Part shown: piece by piece, positions 10,967-20,421 of the stretch
How positions within the stretch are numbered: position 1 is the stretch's first letter
Layout: every line of letters starts with the position of its first letter
DNA from: a bacterium
Lineage (GTDB): Bacteria; Patescibacteriota; CPR2_A; CG2-30-33-46
Direction: 5' to 3'
Assembly (NCBI GenBank): GCA_037442065.1
Contig: JBBIQZ010000002.1
Location: 1 to 54,233, forward strand
Length of the DNA stretch: 54,233 bases
Notes under the pieces: model-generated
Databases searched by the model: none
What the model was told of the DNA's origin: nothing
Seen by the model: the letters and a program-made list of their open reading frames with translations, nothing else
Made by a program: the position numbers and the translations under genes

Positions 10967-11526
10967 TTAACCTTAAAGATGTCGCCGTGCCCGGGAATGA
11001 CATAATCAGCTAAAGCCAAAACTTTCTTCTTACTTTCCTGCAATTTAACTTCATCTTTAGTAAACTCTGGGCTATCGTTTTGGGCGAAAAAGAATAAATC
11101 GCCAACAATAGCGTAAGTCCCCTTGTTGGTTTTAGTTAAAACAGAAATACTGTCTCCGGTATGGCCTGGGGTTTGAATTATTCTTGTATCGACCGCGAGT
11201 TCTATTGTCCTTAAAACCGGAAAAAATTCATAAATATCGCCTTTTATAGTATCTTCTTCAATATAAATTGTTGCTTTTCTAAAAAGATGGTTGTTATCTC
11301 TATGGTCGGAATGAGAATGAGTATTAACCACAATATCTATATCCTCGGGTTTTAAATTTTCTTTCTTAAGGCTTGTTAGAATTTCCTGCTCTACGGCAAT
11401 ATTTCCGGTATCAACTATAATATTTTTACCTCCATCTCTTATTAAAGTAATCGTAGAAGAAGCCTTAAGTTTATTATCACTTAACCATTTAAAATATCCG
11501 GGGACTAAAATCTTTACTTCAGTCAC
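10963..11526 (-). CDS. MBL-fold metallo-hydrolase
   Basis: HSHSDH (HxHxDH) motif and a later HG motif. Confidence 0.85.
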   Translation of the reverse strand: MTEVKILVPGYFKWLSDNKLKASSTITLIRDGGKNIIVDTGNIAVEQEILTSLKKENLKPEDIDIVVNTHSHSDHRDNNHLFRKATIYIEEDTIKGDIYEFFPVLRTIELAVDTRIIQTPGHTGDSISVLTKTNKGTYAIVGDLFFFAQNDSPEFTKDEVKLQESKKKVLALADYVIPGHGDIFKVK

Positions 11527-11536
11527 AGTTTACTCC

Positions 11537-12649
11537 TTACTTAATACTTAAAGTATTATACTTCTCTTCGATAAAATTTTTAATCTTTTGCTTAAAAACT
11601 TTTTCGTCAAATTTTAAAGCATGTTCTCTTATCTTCTCCGGCTTAAACTTTTTTTCGTCTCTTATAAATCTATTGATTGCCCCTTTTAAAGATTGGCAAC
11701 TCGGCTCATTAAAAAACTCACCTGTTTCACCTTCTACAACGGTTTCTCTGCTCCCTCCTTTTCCGGCAGCAACAACCGGTTTACCGCAAGACATTGCCTC
11801 AATAGGGGTCAGACCAAAATCCTCATTAAAACTTGGAAAAATAAAGGCCCTGCATTCCTTATAATACTTTAAAACTTCTTTTTCAGGTAAAAAGCCCAAA
11901 AAAGTTATATTATTCTTAGCTTTCTTTATGAGCTCTTGTTTTTGCGAGCCCTCTCCTATAACAACCAACTTTAATCCTAGATCATTAAAAGCGTCCACGG
12001 CTAAATCAACCATTTTATAAGGGGAAAGTCTAGAAACGATAAGAAAATAATCTTTTTTAACCTTAGAAAGAGCAAATTTTTCTGTATCAACTGATGGATA
12101 AACAACTTGCGATTCTTTTTGATAATATTTTCTTATCCTTTCTTTTGTAAGGTTAGAATTAGCGACCCAATAATCAACTCTGTCTGCCGCTACCTTATCC
12201 CAAATTCTAGCTTTCTCTAAAATTCTATTGGCAATGCCTTTCAAAAAAAATCCTAAGTTCTGTTGTCTTAAATATTCTGCGAAATCAATCCATAAAAACC
12301 TGGTCGGAGTATGACAGTAAGAGATATGAACTGTCTCAGGCTTGGTTAAAATTCCCTTTATCCAGCTTGAAGAAGAAGAAATAACAACATCAAATTGAGA
12401 AAAATCTAATTCTTCAACTGCTTGAGGCATAAAAGGTAAAAGATATTTATGGCGAAAATTTAGAAACTCGGCCTTTTTTTGAAGAGAAGAAGTGATGATT
12501 TTTTTATTGTGAAAAAGACGGCCGGCTTTTTGCCAGTTACAAAATAGAGTAAAAATCGGCGCTTCCCGAAAAATTTCTGCTAAAGACAGGGTTACTTTTT
12601 CCGCCCCGCCGTATTGATTTAAAAAATCATGAGCTATAGCGACTTTCAT
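11537..12649 (-). CDS. GT4-family glycosyltransferase
   Basis: C-terminal EDFGLTPIEAMSCGKPVV and ETVVEGETG (EX7E-type) motifs. Confidence 0.88.
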   Translation of the reverse strand: MKVAIAHDFLNQYGGAEKVTLSLAEIFREAPIFTLFCNWQKAGRLFHNKKIITSSLQKKAEFLNFRHKYLLPFMPQAVEELDFSQFDVVISSSSSWIKGILTKPETVHISYCHTPTRFLWIDFAEYLRQQNLGFFLKGIANRILEKARIWDKVAADRVDYWVANSNLTKERIRKYYQKESQVVYPSVDTEKFALSKVKKDYFLIVSRLSPYKMVDLAVDAFNDLGLKLVVIGEGSQKQELIKKAKNNITFLGFLPEKEVLKYYKECRAFIFPSFNEDFGLTPIEAMSCGKPVVAAGKGGSRETVVEGETGEFFNEPSCQSLKGAINRFIRDEKKFKPEKIREHALKFDEKVFKQKIKNFIEEKYNTLSIK

Positions 12650-12673
12650 TTTCTGGTTCCTTTTTCTGAAGCT

Positions 12674-13678
12674 TTAAGATTCGCCCAAGCTTCTTTTGTA
12701 ATCATCCAAGTTTTCTAAAGCAATATAGGTTCCTTTGGCAACACAAAATAAAGGATTATCGGCAGTATGACAAGGAACGCCGGTTGCCTTTGTTAGAAGT
12801 TTATCAATATTTTTTAAAAGGGCACCTCCACCAGTTATAACCATTCCTTGATCAATTACATCAGATGAAAGCTCAGGTGGAGTTTTGGCTAACACTGCTT
12901 TTACGGCGGCAACAATTTGATCTAATTCATCTTTCATGGCTTCGGTTATTTCATTCCCGTTAACATTTATAATTCTGGGGAGGCCGGCAATAGTATCCCT
13001 TCCCTTAATCTCTAAATTTGAGGCATTATCTTGAGGTAAAGCACTTCCAATGTTTACTTTAATTTCTTCGGCAGTCTTATCTCCTATGGCTAAGCCATAT
13101 TTTTTTCTGATATATTCTCTTATGGCAGCATCTATTTTGTTTCCGCCGACTCTTACTGAATTCCAAGAAACAATACCTCCCAAAGAAATAACTGCTACTT
13201 CGGAGGTTCCTCCGCCGATATCAACAACCATATTTCCGGCCGGATTGGCAATAGGAATATCGGCGCCGATAGCGGCGGCTAATGGCTCTTTTATAATATA
13301 GGCCGCCTTAGCTCCTGCCTGCATAGTGGCATCAACTACTGCCCTTCTTTCTGTTGAAGTAACGCCGGCGGGCACAGAAACCATAACATCCGGTCTAAAA
13401 AGTCTAACTCCTCCGGCAGTTTTATTTATAAAATAACGAATCATCGCTTCGGTTATTCTATAATCAGCAATAACCCCGTCTTTTAAAGGACGGGAAGCTA
13501 CTATCGTGTCGGGAGTTTTTCCCAGCATTTCTTTTGCTTCTGCCCCAACAGCCATAACCCTGTTGTCAATTGTGGAAACAGCAACAACTGAGGGTTCGTT
13601 TATAACAATCCCTTTTTTGGCTACACCAACTAAAACATTTGCTGTCCCTAAATCTATACCAATGCGTTTCTTAAACAT
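12674..13678 (-). CDS. mreB: rod-shape-determining actin homologue MreB
   Basis: IGIDLGTANV, DIGGGT and GGGALL actin-fold phosphate/adenosine motifs. Confidence 0.95.
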   Translation of the reverse strand: MFKKRIGIDLGTANVLVGVAKKGIVINEPSVVAVSTIDNRVMAVGAEAKEMLGKTPDTIVASRPLKDGVIADYRITEAMIRYFINKTAGGVRLFRPDVMVSVPAGVTSTERRAVVDATMQAGAKAAYIIKEPLAAAIGADIPIANPAGNMVVDIGGGTSEVAVISLGGIVSWNSVRVGGNKIDAAIREYIRKKYGLAIGDKTAEEIKVNIGSALPQDNASNLEIKGRDTIAGLPRIINVNGNEITEAMKDELDQIVAAVKAVLAKTPPELSSDVIDQGMVITGGGALLKNIDKLLTKATGVPCHTADNPLFCVAKGTYIALENLDDYKRSLGES

Positions 13679-13709
13679 AAATTCTCCAAAGATTCATTAT
13701 AACACAACT

Positions 13710-14972
13710 TTAGGTCTTTACTCTTTTAATATCTGCCCCTAAACTGTTTAGCTTTTCCTCAATATGCTCATAACCTCTGTCTATCAGATGAATATTGTCT
13801 ATTTCGCTTTCTCCTTCTGCAATCAAAGCGGCGATAATTAAAGTAGCGCCAGCTCGTAAATCAAAAGAAGAAATTTTTGTACCAAAAAGAGGAGTTGGAC
13901 CGGTAATTAAAATATGATGGATATCGCGAATTATTGCTTCCGCTCCCATTTTTTTTAGTTCCTTAATATAATTTAACCGTCCTTCATACATTGTTTCGTG
14001 AATTTCTGAAGTCCCTTCGGCTTGGGTTAATAAAATAGCCATCGGCGCCTGCAGATCTGTGGGGAATCCGGGATAAATGTCAGTTCTTATGGTTGTGGCT
14101 TTAAAATTTGTTGAAGGTTTTACAACCAGTTTGTTCTTTAAAACTTTAAAATTTACGCCTATTTCTTCAAATTTAGTTAAAAGCAAATCATTATGATCGG
14201 AAATAAAATTTAAAATTTCCACCTCACCTCTTGAAACAGCAGCAGCAATTGCCAAAGTCCCAGCTTCTATTTGATCGGGAATTATTTTGTGCTCTATATT
14301 TCTATTTAAATTTTTAACACCGGAGATTTTTAAATTATGAGTATTAACCCCTTTTAGTTTTACTCCAAGTTTGATTAAAAACCGGCAAAGATCCTCAATA
14401 TGAGGTTCGCAAGCGGCCATTCTTAATCTTGTATTTTTTGTTTTAGAAACTGCCATTAAAATATTTTCGGTGGCGGTAACACTCATCTCTGCCAAAACTA
14501 TTTTTTCGTTCTCCCGCAATTTATTTGCTTCTAAAAAATAATAATTTTTTCTCTCTTTTATAGAAACCCCCAACTCTCTTAGGGCTTTAAAATGAGTAGT
14601 CAGCGGCCTTGAACCAATAAAACATCCACCGGGCTGAGCAATTTTTACTTTGCCGAACCTTGCCAAAAGAGGACCGATTAATAAAACCGATGCCCTGATA
14701 TTTCTAACCAATTTATAATCTGGGGTAAAGCTTTTTACTTTTTTAGTATCAACTACAAAAACATTTTTCTTTATCCTGATAACTTTGCCGCCTAGCTTGC
14801 GGATAATTTTAAACATCGTAAAAACATCTTCTATCTCTGGAACATTTAAAAGCCTATAAGAAGATGGACTTATTAATGTGGCGGCGATAATTGGCAAAGC
14901 GGCATTTTTGGAACCAGAAACCGAAACCTTGCCCCTTAAATGAGTTCCGCCTCGGATTAAAAACTTTTCCAT
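13710..14972 (-). CDS. murA: UDP-N-acetylglucosamine 1-carboxyvinyltransferase
   Basis: VSGSKNAALP N-terminus, catalytic-loop PGGCFIGSRP and full-length MurA similarity. Confidence 0.95.
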   Translation of the reverse strand: MEKFLIRGGTHLRGKVSVSGSKNAALPIIAATLISPSSYRLLNVPEIEDVFTMFKIIRKLGGKVIRIKKNVFVVDTKKVKSFTPDYKLVRNIRASVLLIGPLLARFGKVKIAQPGGCFIGSRPLTTHFKALRELGVSIKERKNYYFLEANKLRENEKIVLAEMSVTATENILMAVSKTKNTRLRMAACEPHIEDLCRFLIKLGVKLKGVNTHNLKISGVKNLNRNIEHKIIPDQIEAGTLAIAAAVSRGEVEILNFISDHNDLLLTKFEEIGVNFKVLKNKLVVKPSTNFKATTIRTDIYPGFPTDLQAPMAILLTQAEGTSEIHETMYEGRLNYIKELKKMGAEAIIRDIHHILITGPTPLFGTKISSFDLRAGATLIIAALIAEGESEIDNIHLIDRGYEHIEEKLNSLGADIKRVKT

Positions 14973-15070
14973 AATAGCCTTTTTAAAATTGTAGTGGTTA
15001 TTTTAAGGGTTTAGAAGGAGTTTTTCAAGAGGAAATGTTTCTGTTCTTTTGAGTAATCATCGACAGGAAA

Positions 15071-16366
15071 TTACTCAGAAGAACTTTGCCTTCTCCACCA
15101 TTTTGAAAGCCGTTCTTTTATTATTTTTTCATAGCCATGCGGCTCCGGCCGGTAATATTTCTTGCCTTTTAAATTTTTCGGCAGATAATCTTCTAAAATA
15201 AAATTGCCCTCGAAATTATGAGGGTATTTATAACCTTTTCCGTGCCCCAATTTTCTTGCCAGTTTTGTGGGCGCATTTCGCAAATGCAAAGGAATGGGGT
15301 CTAATCTTTCTTTAAAAATATCAGCCTCTGCCTCGTTTATGGCAATCTTTGCGGCATTAGATTTAGGAGCGGTTGCTAAATATAAACAAGTTTGAGAAAG
15401 AATAAGCTTTGCTTCCGGAAAGCCGACTAGATGAACCGCTTGGGCGCAATTTTGAGCTAAAATCAAAGCGTGTGGATCGGCATTACCAATATCTTCCGAG
15501 GCAAAAATGACCATTCTTCTGGCTAAAAACATCAGGTCCTCGCCGCTTTCTATCATTCGGGCCAAATAATAAACGCTGGCATCTGGATCGCTTCCCCGCA
15601 TACTCTTTATAAAAGCTGATATAGTATCATAATGCTGGTCACCGGCCTTATCATATTTTAAAGCTTTTTTGGAAATAATATCTTCTATGTCTTTTAAGCT
15701 TATAATTGAACCTCTTTTTGCGTTTAGAGCGGCTATTTCTAAAACATTTAAAGTCACCCGGGCGTCGCCATTGGAAAATTTTGTTAAATATTCTAGGGCT
15801 TTTTTATTAATTTTTAAATTAAAACTTCCCAAGCCTTCTTTTTTATTCTTTAAAGCTCTCTTTACAATCATTTCTAAATCTTTATCGCCTAAAGGCTCCA
15901 GCCTAAACAAACGAGACCTAGAAAGCAAAGCTGAATTTATTTCAAATCCTGGGTTTTCGGTTGTTCCGCCAATTAAAATAATAGTCCCATCTTCTATGTG
16001 AGGCAGAAAAGCATCTTGCTGAGCCTTGTTAAAACGGTGAACTTCATCCACAAATAAAATGGTTTTTTGACCGAAACCAGAAAGCCTTTCTTCGGCTTCT
16101 TTTACAACTCTTCTAATATCGGCTACTCCGGCAGTAACCGCCGAAAATTCCTGAAAGTTATTCTTGGTTTTTAAAGCAATAATTCGGGCAATGGTCGTTT
16201 TTCCGCTTCCTGGCGGTCCCCATAAAATTACAGAAGTTATTTGGTCGTTCTCTATCAACCGCCTTAAGGGTTTTCCAGGACCAAAAAGATGCTCTTGGCC
16301 AACAAAATCTTTTAAATTTTTAGGCCTTATTCTATCAGCTAACGGTTTTGTTGCTTTCTCTTTCAT
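15071..16366 (-). CDS. rarA: replication-associated recombination protein A (AAA+ ATPase)
   Basis: GPPGSGKTT Walker A, DEVHRFNK Walker B / sensor region and a MgsA-type C-terminal domain. Confidence 0.93.
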   Translation of the reverse strand: MKEKATKPLADRIRPKNLKDFVGQEHLFGPGKPLRRLIENDQITSVILWGPPGSGKTTIARIIALKTKNNFQEFSAVTAGVADIRRVVKEAEERLSGFGQKTILFVDEVHRFNKAQQDAFLPHIEDGTIILIGGTTENPGFEINSALLSRSRLFRLEPLGDKDLEMIVKRALKNKKEGLGSFNLKINKKALEYLTKFSNGDARVTLNVLEIAALNAKRGSIISLKDIEDIISKKALKYDKAGDQHYDTISAFIKSMRGSDPDASVYYLARMIESGEDLMFLARRMVIFASEDIGNADPHALILAQNCAQAVHLVGFPEAKLILSQTCLYLATAPKSNAAKIAINEAEADIFKERLDPIPLHLRNAPTKLARKLGHGKGYKYPHNFEGNFILEDYLPKNLKGKKYYRPEPHGYEKIIKERLSKWWRRQSSSE

Positions 16367-16456
16367 AATTTTATTGTAGCAACATTTGTTAAAATAAAAA
16401 GTTCAAAGTAGCTTTAGATAATTGATTATTAGCTCAAGCTAAGTATAATTTAAACT

Positions 16457-17779
16457 ATGATTGTTAAAAGAAGAATCATCTTATACATTGTATCTTTCTT
16501 TCTTTTGGTGGCCGTTGCTATTATTGCTATTTTTGTGGCTAATGGCTATTTTTTTGATTTCAAAACGGGCAAAATTAAAAGACAGGGAATGATTGTTTTA
16601 AGAACCGTTCCTAAAAACGTTAATGTTTTTGTTGATGAAAAGTTTAAAAAGAACAAAACTCCTCTTGATATTTCTTTATTTCCGGGAACTTATACCCTAA
16701 AAGTAGAAAAAGATGGCTTTATAACCTGGCAAAAAACCGCCAACGTTGAAGCCGGACTTGTGACCTGGTTTGATTATGTCTTTCTTGTTCCTAAAGATAA
16801 AAAAATTGATTCTGTAACAACAGCAGGGATAAAAAATTTTTTAATCTCTAAAGATTTTTCCAAAGTAGCTTTTATAGATTTAAAAAATAATGTCTGGACG
16901 GCCGATATAGCAACTAACCGGCAAAAAAAACTTTACTCGCCAAAACAAGAAACCGAAAACGTAGATATTTTAGATTTAAGCAGTGACGGCAAAAACTTGT
17001 TAATCGCCACAGCAACAAAAGAAGAAAAAAACTATAAGCTGGTCTCTGAAAACGAAGAAGCCACTTTAAACAAATTACCTGGCGAAACTACCCAAATAGC
17101 ATTCTCCTTAAATGCCAACGACAGATTTTATGCTGTATCCGACTCCAACCTTTACTTAATAACAAGAGGAGAAACCGCTAAACTAGAAAGTGGCGTTTTA
17201 ACTTTAGCTCAAAGCCCGGGGAATTTATATTTTGTAAAAACTACCGGTTTGAAAAATGAAATATGGAAAGCAAGTTTCGATTTTAAAACAAAGGATAAGC
17301 TCGGGGAAGAAAGCTTAGGAAAAGTTTCTCTCTATCCTGGAGAAAACCGCTTAGTCTATACCGTGGGCGAAGATAAAGAATTGTTTTCCTTAGAAAGCGG
17401 CTTGAAAGAAAAAATAAATTCTAAAGTAGAAGATGCTTGGTGGTCAAAAGATGACAAGAGGCTAGCTTATAGAACATCCAAAGAGCTATATATTTATACT
17501 TTCAAATCTGATGATCCCCGCGAACTAAAAAATATGATAACGACAAGGCTTTCAACCAACATAGACAAAGCTTACTGGTTTTACGATTCTAAACACTTAG
17601 TATTTAGGGAAGACTCAAAAATAAATTTAATTGATTTTGACGGAACTTACTCTGTGACTCTAACGGATAAAGCGGCACCGATAAACTCTTTTATAACAAC
17701 AAAGTTGGGCAAATCTTTAATTTTTGCCCAAGAAGAAAACGGTATTTCCAATATAAAAGTCTTAAAGCTCTCCGATTAA
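16457..17779 (+). CDS. membrane-anchored PEGA-domain protein with beta-propeller-like repeats
   Basis: N-terminal TM helix, a PEGA-type segment (VFVDEKFKKNKTPLDISLFPGTYTLKVEKDGF) and TolB-like repetitive strands downstream. Confidence 0.65.
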   Translation: MIVKRRIILYIVSFFLLVAVAIIAIFVANGYFFDFKTGKIKRQGMIVLRTVPKNVNVFVDEKFKKNKTPLDISLFPGTYTLKVEKDGFITWQKTANVEAGLVTWFDYVFLVPKDKKIDSVTTAGIKNFLISKDFSKVAFIDLKNNVWTADIATNRQKKLYSPKQETENVDILDLSSDGKNLLIATATKEEKNYKLVSENEEATLNKLPGETTQIAFSLNANDRFYAVSDSNLYLITRGETAKLESGVLTLAQSPGNLYFVKTTGLKNEIWKASFDFKTKDKLGEESLGKVSLYPGENRLVYTVGEDKELFSLESGLKEKINSKVEDAWWSKDDKRLAYRTSKELYIYTFKSDDPRELKNMITTRLSTNIDKAYWFYDSKHLVFREDSKINLIDFDGTYSVTLTDKAAPINSFITTKLGKSLIFAQEENGISNIKVLKLSD

Positions 17780-18508
17780 TTAATTGCCAACAAGACTATT
17801 TACCGGCACCGGATTTTCCGTAGTCAAAGCAGTATTGGTTTTGGGATCGGGCTCAATTTGGATTGCTTTAACCACTCTTCTTTTCCAAGTCGTCCCCGGC
17901 GGGTCGCAAGTCATTAAAGAAATAATAGAATCTTTGGTCTGTCCTAAAACACTTACGTCTTCCGGCGGAACGACTACAACATCAAAAACTTTATAAACAT
18001 ATTTTACTTGATTAAAATTAACAATTATTAAATCGCCTTTGGCAAGCTTGTTTAAATTAGCAAAAATAAAATTATAATTTCCTTTCGCCCAACGATAATT
18101 GGAACTATGGCCCACAAAAAAAGCGTTCCCCACTTCACCGGGTTTAGAGGTTACCGGATAATGAGCAATACCGTTTTCCATCGCACCTAAAATGTCCGAA
18201 TCTTTAATGCTGGCTGCTTCCACGATAGGCGCATCCACATTTATTTTAGAGACGATTAATTTATTTTCTTTAAGCGCTGGATCTTTTTTAACTGTTGCTT
18301 GCGGCTTAGAATCATTTATCGGCTGAGTATTAGTATCTTTCTTCTGTCCTAAAAAATAATCAACATTTGCCGAAACTAAAGGGAAAACAAAGTATACAAT
18401 AAGAATCGTTGAAACTATCCAGGCTAAAAATACGTAAAAAACCGGCGACCTATTTTTGAATATGCTTTTAAAATCTATTTTCATAAATTTATCTTTATTC
18501 GATGACAA
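17780..18508 (-). CDS. sortase-family transpeptidase
   Basis: N-terminal TM helix, FFVGHSS (His), SLMTCDP (TLxTC-type Cys) and downstream RRVV (Arg). Confidence 0.85.
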   Translation of the reverse strand: MSSNKDKFMKIDFKSIFKNRSPVFYVFLAWIVSTILIVYFVFPLVSANVDYFLGQKKDTNTQPINDSKPQATVKKDPALKENKLIVSKINVDAPIVEAASIKDSDILGAMENGIAHYPVTSKPGEVGNAFFVGHSSNYRWAKGNYNFIFANLNKLAKGDLIIVNFNQVKYVYKVFDVVVVPPEDVSVLGQTKDSIISLMTCDPPGTTWKRRVVKAIQIEPDPKTNTALTTENPVPVNSLVGN

Positions 18509-18608
18509 ATTCCTTTGTTTATCTTATAATAGGTTAAAAAGAATAAATATTTTATATCAATTTCGTTAAAAAGTCAAGGTGTTGTTTAGCTTTTTAACTT
18601 ACAAATTA

Positions 18609-18695
18609 GCCCGAGTGGTGAAATTGGTAGACACGCGGGACTCAAAATCCCGTGGTAGCAATACCATGTCGGTTCGAGTCCGACCTCGGGCACCA
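18609..18695 (+). tRNA. tRNA-Leu (anticodon CAA), long variable arm, CCA encoded
   Basis: Acceptor GCCCGAG/CTCGGGC, anticodon loop CTCAAAA, variable arm GGTAGCAATACCAT, T arm GTCGG-TTCGAGT-CCGAC. Confidence 0.92.
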
Positions 18696-18765
18696 CACTT
18701 CGCTCCTTTGGAGCTACGCGTGGCAAGCCAAACTTAAAACAATTCCTAGACTTTGCTTGACAAAC
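18696..18765 (+). repeat. tRNA-trailer repeat, module A copy 1 (imperfect hairpin + TGGCAAGCCA + shared 18-mer)
   Basis: CACTTCGCTCC-TTT-GGAGCTACGCGTGG-CAAGCCA-AACTTAAAACAATTCCTAG.. is homologous to 27534..27575 and 52660..52733. Confidence 0.7.
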
Positions 18766-18767
18766 CA

Positions 18768-18796
18768 ATAAAATCCTTAAAAAGGATTTTATTTTT
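18768..18796 (+). terminator. rho-independent terminator after tRNA-Leu
   Basis: 9-bp stem ATAAAATCC / GGATTTTAT followed by TTTT. Confidence 0.65.
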
Positions 18797-18922
18797 GCTT
18801 CTTTTTTAATATCTCTTGGAGCTTAAAAACGCTTTTACCGAAAACAAAAGGCCGTTTTCTTTTTCGTTTAAGTTTTTGCTCCTCTTTCTCTTCTATTACT
18901 TTTTCAATCTCTTCGAAATCTT

Positions 18923-19882
18923 TCATAGAAATTTTAAAATTTCCTTAGCTAATTTTTCCCTGTCATGCCGGATCAAATCTTTAAAGTTAGCAGATTTTTT
19001 AAAGCTCTCCGATATTAAATCCGCTTTTATAATTTTAGCTTTCAAATTTTTGGCATTCCCCAATTTAACCAATTCCTCACTTTTTTTCTTATACTTTAAA
19101 ATTACATCTTTGGGAGGCTTTTTGGTATTAAACAAAATATAGTCTATAACATTTTCCCCTATATATTGTTCCAACTGACCAATATAATTTTCAAGAAAAA
19201 AACCCCGATCTTGTTCTTTGTTAACCAAATTACAAACATATAAAACCTTTGCCTTAGAATTATTTAAAGCTTCCTTAAAACCAGAAACTAAAAAATTAGG
19301 AATAAGACTGCCGTATAATGTTCCCGGGGAGATAACAATTAATTCGGCATCTTTTAATTCCTTTTTAACCTCTGGATTAATTTTAGCTTTAGGAGAAAGA
19401 AAAACTTGAGCTATTTTTTGCTTAGAAAAATCGTAAGAATCTAAAAATTTTTCCCCTTTTAACGTTTTGCCGTTATCTAATTTGATAAATAACCTCGTAT
19501 TGTCCAAAGTAACCGGCAAAACTCTTCCTTTAGTTGCTAATATTTTTGAAGCCTCTAAAACGGCATTTTGAAAATTTCCGGTAATTTTTTCTAAAACAGT
19601 TAAAAATAAATTACCAAAGCTATGGCCTTTTAAAGAGCTTTTACGAAACCTAAAATTAAAAAGTTTTCTCATTGTGCTGGTTGATAAAGATAAAGCAACC
19701 AAGCACTGTCTTATATCACCTGGCGGTAAAACGCCGAATTCATCCCTTAAAATTCCAGTAGAACCTCCGTCGTCAACCATCGAAACAACAGCCGTTAAAT
19801 CTAGGTTAAACTTTTTTAAGCCGGACAAAACAGCGAAAGAGCCGGTACCGCCGCCAATTACAACAACTTTCGAATTTTTCAT
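18923..19882 (-). CDS. yvcK: YvcK/CofD-family gluconeogenesis-factor-like protein
   Basis: VVIGGGTG..VVSMVDDGGSTGILRDEFGVLPPGDIRQCLVAL is characteristic of the YvcK family. Confidence 0.9.
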   Translation of the reverse strand: MKNSKVVVIGGGTGSFAVLSGLKKFNLDLTAVVSMVDDGGSTGILRDEFGVLPPGDIRQCLVALSLSTSTMRKLFNFRFRKSSLKGHSFGNLFLTVLEKITGNFQNAVLEASKILATKGRVLPVTLDNTRLFIKLDNGKTLKGEKFLDSYDFSKQKIAQVFLSPKAKINPEVKKELKDAELIVISPGTLYGSLIPNFLVSGFKEALNNSKAKVLYVCNLVNKEQDRGFFLENYIGQLEQYIGENVIDYILFNTKKPPKDVILKYKKKSEELVKLGNAKNLKAKIIKADLISESFKKSANFKDLIRHDREKLAKEILKFL

Positions 19883-19940
19883 AACCTAAATTATTGCAGA
19901 AAATTGTAAATATTAAAACCCATCTTTTTTATATAAAAAA

Positions 19941-19961
19941 ATCGCCCCTTATCGGGGCGAT
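19941..19961 (-). terminator. rho-independent (bidirectional-looking) terminator after the RRM gene
   Basis: Stem ATCGCCCC / GGGGCGAT flanked by an A run and a T run. Confidence 0.8.
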
Positions 19962-19972
19962 TTTTAGAGATT

Positions 19973-20227
19973 TTATTCTCTTTTTGGTCGTGCTTCGTTT
20001 ACAACAATTTTTCTGCCTTCCATCTCTTTGCCATTAAGATCAGTAACGGCTTTTTGGGCTTCTTCATCTGAAGACATTTCAACAAACCCAAATCCTCGAG
20101 AACGGCCAGAAAACTTATCTGTAACAATGTTAGCTTCCTCTACTTTACCAGCTTCAGCAAACATTTCTGTTAACTGTTCGCTGGTAGCAGAATAAGGAAG
20201 ATTTCCGACAAATAGTTTTTTTGCCAC
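19973..20227 (-). CDS. RRM-type RNA-binding protein (GTG start)
   Basis: RNP2 LFVGNL and RNP1 RGFGFVEM; 84 aa. Confidence 0.92.
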   Translation of the reverse strand: MAKKLFVGNLPYSATSEQLTEMFAEAGKVEEANIVTDKFSGRSRGFGFVEMSSDEEAQKAVTDLNGKEMEGRKIVVNEARPKRE

Positions 20228-20262
20228 GTTTTTCCTTTCTTTTTAAGACCCAGGAAAAACGT
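20226..20262 (-). promoter_or_regulatory. 10-bp hairpin sequestering the SD region and start codon of the RRM gene
   Basis: mRNA sense ACGTTTTTCC-(17 nt)-GGAAAAACGT. The 3' arm contains the purine-rich SD-like tract and the first two bases of GTG. Confidence 0.45.
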
Positions 20263-20421
20263 TTTTAGAACACATCGCTTTTTCCTTTTCTTAAAATTAC
20301 AATTAAACTTTTAATCAGAAATTTCTTAAGTGCTCATCAGAAATTCATTAAACATTATACACGTTTAAACTAAAAAATCAACCGAAAACTCTAAAAGCTA
20401 AATTTTGGTAAAATTTCTAAG

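Noticed and set aside
15669-16001. Long antisense shadow ORFs inside conserved genes. Examples are 15669..16001, 35988..36278, 41930..42250, 42641..43015, 43963..44280, 44957..45283, 48487..48894 and 50223..50465.
   Set aside because: Each lies wholly within a well-supported gene on the opposite strand. Each has a low-complexity Ser/Phe/Leu/Pro-rich translation typical of antisense frames.
18586-18768. 60-aa minus-strand ORF.
   Set aside because: It is the antisense reading of tRNA-Leu and repeat module A.
18789-18926. 45-codon lysine-rich ORF whose ATG overlaps the yvcK stop (ATGA); also the plus-strand ORF 18816..19142.
   Set aside because: The 45-codon ORF has low-complexity charged sequence and its end runs into the tRNA-Leu terminator hairpin. 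It cannot be told apart from chance in AT-rich DNA. The plus-strand ORF is a low-complexity shadow of yvcK.
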